Shown here piece after piece: positions 22,278-34,400 of a DNA stretch of 64,000 bases. The position numbers and the translations under genes were made by a program. Positions within the stretch are counted from its first letter, which is position 1; each line of letters begins with the position of its first letter. The DNA comes from Euglena gracilis (taxonomy: Eukaryota), in contig CP154954.1 in the NCBI GenBank assembly GCA_039621445.1, positions 9,178,634-9,242,633 on the forward strand, read 5' to 3'. The notes under the pieces are model-generated. The model was not told the DNA's origin, searched no databases, and saw only the letters and a program-made list of their open reading frames with translations.

Positions 22278-25200
22278 TTGCAAGACATTGACCAAGAAAA
22301 TGGGGATTGGAAGCTTTTATGTGAAAGTGCTTCCAGTTCCCACGCCGATGAGGCACAATTGGTTCAATTGTCAAGATTGCAACATTTGTCATCATTGACA
22401 GTGGTCGGCGATGAGCCCTCCACATCATTGGCTTCAGAGGCTAATGCGGCCTCTTCCGCACTCACCTTGCCACAACGGGGGTATTCGCCTCTGTCTGCGG
22501 CAATGGTGCAGCTGCGCACACCGGAGAGACCCGTGGTGATTCCGCCACCGGGCTTCTCTGGTGATGGTGGACTGGAAACCCCGTGTTTCTTTCAACCACC
22601 ACCCGTTCTTCCACCGGCAAGCCCTTACAGAGCTTTGCCACCACCACCCGATCTTGGGTGCTATCCCGCACTACCTTGGCAACCGGAGACTCGCCTAGTG
22701 GTACCGGAATTCTCCGGTACGTCCCAACCCATGGATGGCTATGGGAAGGGCACTGGTGAGCTCCTTACCGCTGAGGATGTGCAGGATATCGTTGCTCGGC
22801 TCCCAGGGGATCACCCCCTTGTGAGGCAGTTCAACCATGTGCAACAATGCGTTGCAGATTGTGCAACTGAACTCAACAAAGTGCTCCAGTTTGATGAGGA
22901 CAACCAAAAAAAACATGTCTTCACCAAGCTGGAATACTGCTGGAATTACTTGCAGGAAGTTGGCAAATATTGCCAGAGGAATTTAGAAAGTGCGGGTGTT
23001 GACCTTGCAAACTTTCGGGAAACCTTTGACAAAATGTGCCAACAACTCCCGCAAAACTTCCGGCTAATTAGTGAATGCAGGCATGAGGCGGAAACACGGA
23101 AGGACTCCAAGTTTCTGCACTTGCATGACTCACTACAACGGTTATCGGGACAAATGGAGTCCTGTTCATCCGCGTTGTTGCATTTGCAACAACAGTTGCA
23201 TGCACGAGATTCCTCGTCTGCAACAAAAAACAGTGGTGGATTTGTATCTATGGACCATTTCACCACATTGTCCGCAACTTTCCATGAATCGCAACACCGC
23301 ATTATGCAGTTGTGCGATGAAACGGAAAAGTTTCGGCAATTCCAGTCACAAGCCAACGAGAATTTTGCTCCCCACACGTATGTGCGGCAGTTGGAGGAGC
23401 GACTTTCCCGTTTGGAGCAGAAAACCCGCTATTGTGACGCGAATCAGGTTGGATTATCCAATCTGAGCGCGAAAGTAGCGGAAGTAGCACAACGGCAGGA
23501 TTCCCTGCAGTTGCAGTTGCAATCCGACATTGGCGGGATTAACTCGGCCATGGCGGGTTGGCAACAAAGCTATTCCGCACTTTCCCACCGAGTTCCGGAC
23601 ATTAGCGGTATTCAGACTGCTATTGGGGAAGTCCAGACCCGGTATGCATCGGTGTCTACCAAAGTAACGGAAATGCAGTATTTGCCTGCAGGTTCCAGTT
23701 CTCGGATTACCGAGAACCCTGATTTCAAGGCATTTTATGACAAAGTGCTCACCGGCAATCAGGAAACCTTGCAAGATTTTTGCAACAGCCTATTACGGCT
23801 TGAGGAATCGGTGAATCGGAAGGCCCGATCCACGCAAAGTGAGATTACCAGGTTGGATGAGCGAATTTCCGCGTTTTTGGATAAGCCACAACCCGGAAAT
23901 TTGCCCATGGGTACCACAACCGCGTTGTCGGATAACCCTGCACCGGTTGCACCCACCACCACACCAACCAAGGTGACATCACCTTTGCAGATTCTCTCGA
24001 ATGCTGTAAAAGCATTAATGGGACAACTCCAATTATTGGATAAGTCTCACGGGAACCTTGTCCAAGATGTTACCGGAATTTCCGAAAGGATTCCGCACTT
24101 GGATGACTTTTCCCGTTACCGCAAGCGTACTCGCGCTTTGGAGGATGAAGTTGACCGTATTTGCGGCCAACTCCAACTCGTTGAACATTTGGAGCAAAGT
24201 GTGCATGACTTGTCTGTGGGTTTGGATAATGTGTCCAACCAACAGCAGGTTTCACACCGCAATTCGGCCGTATGCGTTGCCGAAGATGCGCCAAATGTTT
24301 CAGAGTCGCGTTTCCATAACCCGACTCTGGGTGCACATGCACCACCACCACCCGTGTCCCGAGTGTCACAATCCGCGATTCCGCGAATTGTGCCCCCATT
24401 GGCCCTGTCCACAACCCAAACCCAGTTTTCGGATGAATTTCCCATTACGGGAACCGAATTTGCGGAAAACACGGCGATTCCGCCAAGTCTGCATCAAGAA
24501 ATCCATCATTCCATGCTTGTGCGTGGAATGAGCCAAACCCGTACACCGGGGGTGGGTCACATGTTGCATGCGCGACATACCCCCACACCGGAGAGTCTCC
24601 CTATTACGGGTGACCAACAGGGTTTGCGACCGGATTTCCGGTACCAGGATTCACCTTCACCAGAAATTTCGCGATTCCGACAAGAATCCGGAAAGGATCC
24701 GCTTGGTGCTCGAGCGTACCCGGGCCCGAATCCGCGGAATACCACCGAGGGTCAACGGGTTTTTCAGAAAGACTTCAAGGGCACCATCGCAATCGCGAAT
24801 AAGGTGAAACCCCAATGGGACGGTGATCCAACTACATGGAGACAGTTTTTCCGGGACTGGGAGTATTACTGGGCATTGAAAGGGCCAACCCAGGACACAA
24901 ACCCGGAGGTGATCAAGATGGAACTCATCGATTGCCTCCCTAGGGATGAGAAGGAGCGCACGCGACAACTTGTCATTCGCTACCGCGTTTCCTTTGATGA
25001 CCTGGTGGAGCAATATGCTTCCACCAGTTCAAGTTTGGTCGCTAGGATTACCCTAGAGACCAAGTGGCGGCAATGCGCCCCACCCGATCGGAAGTGGAAG
25101 TCCATTGACCTTTGGTATGCCAAATGGTTAGGACTTGCCGCTGAAGTGGATGAACTCAGTGAAAAGCAAATGCGCGAACAGTTTGACGCTGTTCTCATGC

Positions 25201-26204
25201 ATTTCACGCCTAGCCTCATCAAGGATATCCATCGTGAGGTGTTGGCGAGTCATCCAATGACTCTTGACCAACGCTGGAACTACGTTTCCAAGCAATTGAA
25301 GCTATCACAGCTTCTTGGTCAGATTCAATCCGCGTATAACGCACACCCAACCGCTGGATTACCGGCTGGTTCGGTGAATGCATTGCAAAAATCACCGGTT
25401 TCACCCACTTCACCCACCACGGGATCGAAAACGCGATACCCGCGTTCTTCGGACCAAGCCACGGATAAAGTGTGCTTTTTGTGCAACAAATCGGGACATA
25501 TGTCTCGGGAATGTCCTAATCCTGAAGCGCGTAAGCGTATTCAGAGTCCGCGAGGCTCGACCTCATCACAAGGTTCGGGTTCCTCCGCGTTTTCACGCCA
25601 ATCGGGCAATTCACGGTCATCGGGTCCCCGTTCCGGTGGTATTAGCCCCCGGATCCCGTTCCGCGATGAGCGGAAACACGGTACCCCTCGGGGTAGGTCA
25701 CCCGGTGCCCCGGCCAAGAAGCGTGATTCTCATCGCGAGGCATCGCGATCGCGTTCGCGAAGCGGATCATCCTCTTCGCGATCCTCATCGGGAAAACCCC
25801 GATACACCGGTCATGGTCGACGGGATACCCGGTCACCACGGCGGTTTGACGGGAAATCGGGAAACCGATCCCCCCGTTTCCCAGAATCGCGACACAAATC
25901 TCGGTGTTCGCTTTGTGGATCGCGTGATCACCACTCATCCAAATGTCCGCGTTCTCGTTCTCCCCGCCCTGGCCAACGTCATCGCGGTATGAATCGCGGT
26001 GACAAGGGTCACTCCTCCAACCGCCATAAAGTCGGTTTCAAGATATCTTGTTTGGAGGATGACACCCCGGCTTCGGGCAGGGAGGGGGATGAGACCAGGG
26101 ATACCGATTTCGACGAGGCCCGCATTGCGGTGCGCACGTTGAAAGCCGTGTATACCTCTAAAAGGCCCATAGCCGGCTATTCGGCCGGTTCGGACCTGGA
26201 GTAG
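22278..26204 (+). CDS. gag: Gag of A2 (1308 aa, start deleted), two CCHC knuckles, RS-rich tail
   Basis: CFLCNKSGHMSREC and CSLCGSRDHHSSKC; ends at TAG 26202-26204. Confidence 0.9.
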   Translation: MQDIDQENGDWKLLCESASSSHADEAQLVQLSRLQHLSSLTVVGDEPSTSLASEANAASSALTLPQRGYSPLSAAMVQLRTPERPVVIPPPGFSGDGGLETPCFFQPPPVLPPASPYRALPPPPDLGCYPALPWQPETRLVVPEFSGTSQPMDGYGKGTGELLTAEDVQDIVARLPGDHPLVRQFNHVQQCVADCATELNKVLQFDEDNQKKHVFTKLEYCWNYLQEVGKYCQRNLESAGVDLANFRETFDKMCQQLPQNFRLISECRHEAETRKDSKFLHLHDSLQRLSGQMESCSSALLHLQQQLHARDSSSATKNSGGFVSMDHFTTLSATFHESQHRIMQLCDETEKFRQFQSQANENFAPHTYVRQLEERLSRLEQKTRYCDANQVGLSNLSAKVAEVAQRQDSLQLQLQSDIGGINSAMAGWQQSYSALSHRVPDISGIQTAIGEVQTRYASVSTKVTEMQYLPAGSSSRITENPDFKAFYDKVLTGNQETLQDFCNSLLRLEESVNRKARSTQSEITRLDERISAFLDKPQPGNLPMGTTTALSDNPAPVAPTTTPTKVTSPLQILSNAVKALMGQLQLLDKSHGNLVQDVTGISERIPHLDDFSRYRKRTRALEDEVDRICGQLQLVEHLEQSVHDLSVGLDNVSNQQQVSHRNSAVCVAEDAPNVSESRFHNPTLGAHAPPPPVSRVSQSAIPRIVPPLALSTTQTQFSDEFPITGTEFAENTAIPPSLHQEIHHSMLVRGMSQTRTPGVGHMLHARHTPTPESLPITGDQQGLRPDFRYQDSPSPEISRFRQESGKDPLGARAYPGPNPRNTTEGQRVFQKDFKGTIAIANKVKPQWDGDPTTWRQFFRDWEYYWALKGPTQDTNPEVIKMELIDCLPRDEKERTRQLVIRYRVSFDDLVEQYASTSSSLVARITLETKWRQCAPPDRKWKSIDLWYAKWLGLAAEVDELSEKQMREQFDAVLMHFTPSLIKDIHREVLASHPMTLDQRWNYVSKQLKLSQLLGQIQSAYNAHPTAGLPAGSVNALQKSPVSPTSPTTGSKTRYPRSSDQATDKVCFLCNKSGHMSRECPNPEARKRIQSPRGSTSSQGSGSSAFSRQSGNSRSSGPRSGGISPRIPFRDERKHGTPRGRSPGAPAKKRDSHREASRSRSRSGSSSSRSSSGKPRYTGHGRRDTRSPRRFDGKSGNRSPRFPESRHKSRCSLCGSRDHHSSKCPRSRSPRPGQRHRGMNRGDKGHSSNRHKVGFKISCLEDDTPASGREGDETRDTDFDEARIAVRTLKAVYTSKRPIAGYSAGSDLE

Positions 26205-29200
26205 GGGAGCCCGAGGTCCGAGGGCACGGACCACTGGGCTGATGAACAGATGGAGGTAGGACCTGATCAACCCTGCCCCCCCTGCCCATCTGCCTTTCTG
26301 GTCGGTACCCGGAAAATTTTCGGGTCCCCCACCCCCCACTCCAACTTTCCGCTCGGAATGTTGTGCCAAGTAGGAAAGGGTTCATGGGAAAGCTGGCAAG
26401 AAAACGTATTTTCGCCAGACCCTTCACTTTGATTACCCCCCATGGAACTTTTAGTCCAGGCGGAAATCAAAATCCAAAATTTTTGTGCAAAAGTCAAAAT
26501 TATCATTGACACTGGTTGTCGCATTGCACTACTTTTTCGGTTCGGGTTGATACCAACCCCCCTCTTGGTGAAAGCCAAGAAGCCGATCAAAATTACGACG
26601 GCTGACAACACCCCCATGTGCGGTGGTGACTTGGGATGCTTTTTGGACATTGTCCTACCCCTCATCCCCAAGCACCACTCACCCCCCCCAACCGCAAATT
26701 TTTCCGGATACCTGGGGATACGAATCTGGAATCCACGGTTCTGACGTAATTCTGGAATACCCCTTTTTACGTCAGCACCGGCTGGTAGTGGATTGCCACT
26801 CCCACGGTTTGCGCACATCACCATTCTCTTCATTGCCCCCCAAACCTTCATCACCTGTGGCGTCAACCGCGACGACCACCAATTTTTCCACACCGTTTTC
26901 GAAAAATTTTACCCGTTACCAACCACACCCACCAACGTTTTCTACACCGGGTGTACCGAGAAAGTTCACCCCCTGCCCGTTGACACACCAAGTTCCGTTT
27001 CCCATGAGGCAGGGCAAGCGAGTAGCGGTACCCCCCTCGTTTCACTGGGTTACAAGACGAAAGCCCAAAGGCCTGAAGTGATCACAGTGTCGAGTAGTCG
27101 CCCAGCTGCATCAATACCCCGTTTTCCACCAGATGTATCGCTTTCAGATACATCTGTACACCCCCCAGCAGCTTCAAAAGCGCATCCCAACTTTTACACA
27201 CACCCTCACCAGACCAACATGCGCGACCAGGACCACTACTCCGACACTTCCTACCAATGTGTGCACTGTAGGAGAATTTCCGCCCAGCCAGATTTCGATT
27301 GTGGATGTCTAGTCCAAACACCAACACAAATCCCGATTTCGCTCGCCCATACACTTGGTTGCGGATCGCAATGCGCGACCGTACATCAAGTGCTCCAACA
27401 ACGAGGTATTGCCTTGTTGTTTGGGACCGCGAAATCCGTGTCACACACCTCCCCCACCTCCATCTGGCATGATATGGACTGGGTATGCACCCATCCAACC
27501 CATCAACCCTTGGGAATGCCCCTAGGGAGTGTGGATGACACACCCTTGACCTATGTTTGCGGATCCCTGAATTGCGTTACCGCTCTTCAACCCGCGAACC
27601 AGGTCGACACCTACGCGATGCGCCTATGGAACGCCTTTAATTTTGGCCAATACCGTATTTTGGAGGAATGGTTCTCCAAAATCGTGGTTTTGGCTGATTC
27701 CTTCGATTTGTCGTTGGAAATTGATGCGTTTTCATCAACAGCGCATGCGCGCTTGTCGCGATATTGGTCGCGACATTCCAACGCATTTGTTAAATTTTGG
27801 GGTGATACGGTGCTCTGGATGCACCCTCCCCCAAAACTTATCCCGGATGTGGTGGAGAAAATCCTCCGCGATGAAGTGCGAGGAGCTCTCCTCATACCCG
27901 TCAATCCGAATGCGGATTGGTTTCACCAATTGTCCTATGTGTGTTTTCATTGGTGGGATTTACCCGCTGATGTACCACTATTTGAGGATTTTTGTGGTTT
28001 ATTATTACCACCTGTTAAAGAAATCATTTTTCGCGTTTGTTTCTTTGACGCATTCGGAATATCCGATCTGCGTGTGCCAAGATACCTTGGTACCAATGGG
28101 GAGGCCACACCCTCAACGCAGATTTCTGCGGTCATTGAGAGTGCGGACCAACACCCCAAGTCTGCTGACTATTGTTCGCGAATTACTCGCGAATTCCATG
28201 GTGTACTGGATAACCCAGTTTAAGCCTGCGACATCGACCCCGCGATTCGCGGCCCGTTCGGTGTTTGCAAAATCGAGCTCAAGGATGGCGCTAAACCCAT
28301 GCACCGGAAATTCTTCCGTTGTTCGGGTGAACGCGAACAAGCTCTCAACGAGATGATTGAGAAGCTCATCCAGCGGAAGTGGATTATCCCTTCCAAGAGC
28401 GAGTGGACATCACAAGCTTTTGTGGTGCCCAAACCAGCTGACCAGTCTGGTCAGAAGAAGTGGAGACTAGTGCTGGATTACCGGTACCTGAACTCCCAAA
28501 CGAAGGATGACCCCTTCCCGTTACCGGTGATCGAGGATTTGATCACCAGACAATCGGATAACCGGTTGTGGTCAATCTTTGATCTGGAAGACGGTTTCCA
28601 TCAGATGCATTTGCATCCTGATTCGCAACCGTACACGGCATTCGTGACATCCAAGGGTGTGTACCAATGGACGGTACTCCCCATGGGTGTTAAGAATGGC
28701 CCAGCCATGTTTCAACGCATGATCCAGTGGGTTTTGCGCGATTTACCGTTTGCTCTGGTGTACATCGATGATGTACTGGTGGGAACCCAACCGCCATCCG
28801 CGAAATCGGGCGAGGATATCCTCGACCCGCATTATCGCGATGTGCGGGCGGTATTATCCGCGTTCCAAAAGCATGTGCTTTTTGTGAAGGGTTCCAAAAT
28901 GTACCTGTTCCGCAAAATTATTAAGTTTTGCAGGCATATCCTGAGCAACGGGCAGCGTAAAGCCGCACCCAGTAAGATGGAGGCCATTAAGAAATGGACT
29001 CCTGAGGTCATTAAGACCTTAACGCATTTAAAGGTATTTTTGGGATTAGCCCAATATTGCGCGATTTACACGAAAGATTTCACGAAAATCGGGGTACCCC
29101 TAACCCGACAACTCAAAAATCGGACACCCGATAACGCAAAAGTCATTTGGGATGACCAAATGCGCGAGGCCTTGAATGAAATCAAGGACTTGCTGCTCGA

Positions 29201-31235
29201 GAACGTGGTTCTCGATATCGCGGATCCATACAAGCTGTATGTCCTGGAAGTCGACAGCAGCGATTACGCTGTTGGCGGGGTTCTTAGCCTGCATAATGCG
29301 GCGAATGAACTCCGACCTGTGGCTTTCTTCAGCAGGAAGCTACAGGGCGACAACGGGAAAGGACAGGTTAAATGGAGCATTCGCGAAAAGGAGACATATG
29401 CCATTGTGCTTATTCTCCAGCAATTCCGCAGCTGGATAGCCAGCAGCTTGGTCCAGATACTTGTGTTGACGGATCATGAGAGCCTTCAACACTGGTATAC
29501 CGAGGACCTGAACAAGGCCAGGTCATCAGTGGGCAGAAGATGCCGATGGCATGAGTTCTTGAGCCAGTTTAACCTGGTGGTTATCTATACCCCAGGTCAC
29601 ACGCAAAAAGTTGCGAATCCTCTCAGCCGAGCCCCCTGGTATTATCCTGGGAACCCGGATGAGGGTGATGCGACTTTTCATGGCAGCCATGAGGCTGACC
29701 AGTTCGCACGTCGATCCGACGCTGCGGACAACATGCTCGATTCACTACCCGTTTCCCGGGTATATCGCAGCATCGCCATTTCACCATTGCGTGGAAGGCG
29801 CCGGCGTGGACGCACTGCCGGACCCCGTCGCATTACGCGTACGGAAACTCCTACCCCCATATTTTTCCGCGAATGGGATTATTCGCGTGACCCTATATAT
29901 AGTACCATTGTGAATAGACTTCGTAAATGGTGAATCTATAGAGAATTACTCTCTATCACCATTGCGACTTATTTTCCGGAATGATTCTGGTTATAAATAT
30001 TGTATACCCCAAGACCTGGTTGATGATGTGATTTTCAGCTATCACAACCATGGTCACCCTGGGGCCCCCAAACTTCTTTCACTAGTGGGTCGCAGATGTT
30101 GCACAACCCTGAGTGTAAAAGATTTATATTCGCGCTGTTTGCGAATTTCGCAACGGTGCCAAATTTGTCAGGCTGTGAAACCGCGCAGAGGTACCCCCCC
30201 TGGTACGATGGACTTTTTCCCCGTACCACCAGACATTTTTACGTCCCTCTGCATGTATTTTCTCGAACTTGAACCTTGCAAAGGATCAGATGACAAAATT
30301 TACGGTTACGTTTTTGTTGTATCTGCTTAATGGGTTTACCGAACGAAATCGTGAGTGATCAAGATCACTTGATCTCTTCGCGGTTTTTCACAACTTTGTG
30401 CGTTTTACTCGGCATTGAGCAGCATTTTTCCATTATATACCGCCCAAAAGGCAATGATAGAGACGAGGCAGCCGTGAAATCCGTTGTCAATATGCTTCGC
30501 CTTTCACTGGCTGACTCGGGTAAGAATTGTTTATCCGTTCTTCACTGGTGTTTGTTTTACATCAATACCTTGCCAGGGTTGGTATTACCACACTCACCGT
30601 ACAAAATTGTTTTCGGACGAGACCCTCCGGCCATAGGGGATATCCCCTCGGAGAGACATGCCCGAAGTAGCGTCAGCTGTGAAACGTGGTTTGCAGAAGT
30701 GGAATCACTCCGCTCTGCAGTCCAATCACGTAACACAGAAATTCATTCCAACAAACGGAAATCGTTTTTACAAAACTTAAACACACCTGTGTATAGTCCA
30801 GGTGACCGCGTGTGGGTACGGAATAACCGCACCCGCATGCAATCTTCCAAGCTAGATCCTCTTTGGCTCGGCCCATGCGAAATATTGGAGAGGTTAGGTA
30901 GTAGCGGGCGATATAAAGTTGCCTTGCCCAACGGGATTGAGGACGTCCATATGGACGACTTCAAACCGTACCTAAGCCCCTCAGACGGAAAAGCTATCCC
31001 CTGCCTATATTTCAAGCCCCGTTCCAGATTACCTGAAACGGACGATTTTGTGGTCGATAGGATAATAGACCACAAGGTCGACAGGGGTGTGCACTACTGG
31101 AAAGTTCGTTGGAAAGGGTATGGGCCAGAGGAGGACACTTGGGAGCCAGCATCCAGTTTTGTTGGATATATCCAGCAGGATTGGAAGCTGTGGAACAAGC
31201 GCAATCACATAGACATAAACATAAACACTTTCTGA
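26205..31235 (+). pseudogene. pol: Pol of A2: protease, Cys-rich spacer, Dam-like domain, RT, RNase H, integrase (internal deletion), chromodomain
   Basis: IIDTGC protease motif ~26505; IDAF...NAF...WMHPPP 27717-27840; stops at 26430 and 28221; frameshifts. Confidence 0.9.
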
Positions 31236-31431
31236 AACGATTTCGTTTTGGAGAATGCGTGTGTTTTATGTGAATGTTTCGCGTTTATACCCCCCCTGCA
31301 CTTCCTTCTTTCTCTATCTTTCTCGCAGAGTTTTTAATTAAGATAGAAGCCTACTTTTTTTCAGTGCACCAGCACTCACAGCGACTGACAACAAGGTTAC
31401 CCTTGGTTGTCGTCGTCGTCCGGGTAGCATC

Positions 31432-34400
31432 ATGCTGCCTGGGCGCGGACCTGGACCAGGTCCACCATGGCCGCACCCTTCTGGCGCGCCATACCCCCAG
31501 TACCCTCAGTATGCTGAGGCCCCGATTTCGGGTGCCCCACATGCTGAGAGGGTTTCAGCCCCGGTATTCGCCGCGGCTACCAGCAGCCGGTCCGCATATG
31601 CGGTACCAGATCCATCTGCCGTCCAGCAGCCGGCACCTCAGCCACCGGCGCAGCGCAGATCGCGCCTGCCCCCGTATGCGGGAGAGATGATCTTCCGCAC
31701 TACGGAGACGTTGGAGCGGGCGATGCGTATGTGCGCACACCCCCCAACGGAGCCCTTTATGCAAGCCCTTTGGGATGCGTACTGTGCTCAGTTGTTGGTG
31801 GTAGCCAACACCCCGGTGGCTCAGTGGTGTCCCTGTGGTCAAGCCCTGATGACAGGGAGACGGTATTTCTCGTCGGCATCCGATTCCGGATTCGAGCCTG
31901 GCGAGACAATGATGGACCTGGGCGTGTATGTGCCGCCCATGCTGCAAACGCAGACGCCGGTGGGATCCCACACCGTGCACATGCGTGAGCACACGCCCCC
32001 ACCGGTAGGTGAGGCTGTGCATGTCCCACCTGGGGTGACGAGAATTTTTGCTCGCCCGCTCTCGCCGCAGCGAATGCCGCCGCGCGAGTCGCCAGCGGAG
32101 CAATTTGTCTCGCGGTACGCGACGCACGCGGATTACCCGCGCGGCGCACGCGTGCTCCCGGCCGGACAGTCGGACGTGCCCCCTGAGGCATACGTCCAAC
32201 ACATGTCACAGGCATCACCGGTCGCCCCTGCCCCTGGCGTTGAGCCACGGCGGCAGGCGGAGCCCATAGTGGTGGAGGATGAACCTCCCCACCGTGAGGC
32301 AGCCCGACCGCCCAGTGCAGCTCCTGTCCAGACTGGGGATATCCCCCGTCGGCAGGAGACTCCCTACTATCACATGGCACCTCCGGGAACCGAGCAGGAT
32401 GAGCTTGCTCGGCACTTCCTGCAGGAGCCAGTATTCGCGTCTGAAGAGCACCGGACGAGGTATTACTCCTCTCTGGCTGCCCTTCAGGGCCGTGGATACA
32501 CCCCCTAACATCCGTACCAGCCGCAGCTGCGGGTGGCAACCCCGGTATTACCCGGTGAGCCCCCGGCAGGTGTGGCAGCATTACCTGCCACCCTGAAGCG
32601 CGACAGGACTACGGAGAACCTTACCACACAACCCAGGCGACCCAGCCCACGGGACGCGGACGGCCGTGTGGCAATGCAGGTGGATGCCAGCCAGGATACC
32701 CCGGCTGGACGACCACCGGAGGCACAGGTGGCGATGAGCCGTCCTGTTGCCGCAATGCCACCGCCAATCCCTCCGGTATGGAAGGAGCCGCGACCCCCTG
32801 CGTCGAAGCCAAGCCCACGCCAGACTCCTAGCCAACGCCCAGCCACGCCATCACCGCGACGTGCAGCGGAGCGGCCAGGTCCCTCCCCAGAGATGGAATG
32901 GGAAGGAACCGAACCGACTCCTGCGGCACCGAGCGCCCGACCCTCTGGTATTCGCCAGACGGGAAAGGACACAGGCAGGGCCGAGGGCAAAGGCAAGGGA
33001 GAAGGCAAAGGCGTGGCCGGCAAAGGGAAGGGTGAGGGTAAAGGTAAGGGAACAGCACGTGAGGAAGAAGAGGAACCAGCAGAAGTCCTCTCGGACTTTG
33101 AGCATATGCTCAGGTTCAAGGAGGAGCTGGAGGACGAAGGCTGGCGAATGCAGCATTATTACCATGTTGCAGGAAACCGCCCCGTCACTCCTCCACAGGC
33201 AGTCATCGATGTGGTATTACGCCACACCGAGAACCGAGTCAGACTATTCCATTACGGAAAAGATCTGTACGGCTTCGAAGGTGAAGGTGGCAGACCCTTG
33301 CTGGATGCCCAGCCGGGTTTCTGGGAGCTCTGGTTTTGGCTGGGATACCCCTGCCAGAACTGGGGTCTCTTCAGCGATTCCACTGGTCGCAGTTACCTGC
33401 ACCAGTTGGGATTACGGGACCAGCATGTGTTGGCCCGGCGGCTGAAGGCATACTTCGATTGTATTCATACAGTCGGACCCCTCGGCGTGCAGTGGGAATT
33501 CTACCCACTACATCCCGGCGTCGAACGCCTGATCGAGGTGTTGTGGTGCAACAACCTCCAGGTGTGGCTGGTGAGCCATTACGGCTCCACCTTCCGCGTT
33601 AAGCGCGTTTCCCTGGCTTACCCGCAGAGGTATGACCTCTGCTGTAAGTACTGCCGGCAGGAATTTCCTGTCGACTTTTGGGGATTCGGCGTGCCCGGAA
33701 GTCCTCCACCGCCTCGGGATAACCCGGGCCTGGAGATGGGACGCCGCATGCTTATGCATGTGTGCCGCGACGCCCCGGATGTCCGGGGCAGAAGTCGCCG
33801 CGTCCACAAGCAGCGTATTTTTATGCTGCAGCAGTTCTGGTGGCGAGCCTGGACCACCTAAGTCATGGAGGTGTATATACATCTCCGTGATCCCCAGGAC
33901 GATAGGCCTGGAATGGAAAGCCTGCCACCGGATTACGGTGACGCCATCGAGGGTCCTCGTCGTCGGATTCTCGGCCACCTGCGCCCCAACTGGCACCTGG
34001 CTGATAGCAGCCTGGAGGAACATTTGCGGCGGCAGTTTGGCGGTACCCTCAACCGGGAGGTATTCCTTCCGCTGATGTGTCACCCGAAGGCCATCCTCGA
34101 ACAGAGTATGCCGATTCTGGCATGCGTTCAGGAGTTCGAGGAGGGCTTTTCGAGGTCTGGGAAGACACGCGTTACCGCAGCTTCCTGGGCGCGAACAGGC
34201 CTGCCAACGCCTGGGTGCAGCCATCATGGCCGCCACCCTGGCCCAACAGCGCCAGCAGCAGTACGCTGGCATTTTACAGGCTGGCGGACGCTCAGGGATG
34301 TCGATGGCACCCCGACGGTCCTCGTTCGCCCGAGGATCTGCGCGCCTTCATCGCCCCAGAGGATGAACCTCTGGCGCGAAGGAGACGGGAGGCGTCAGTC

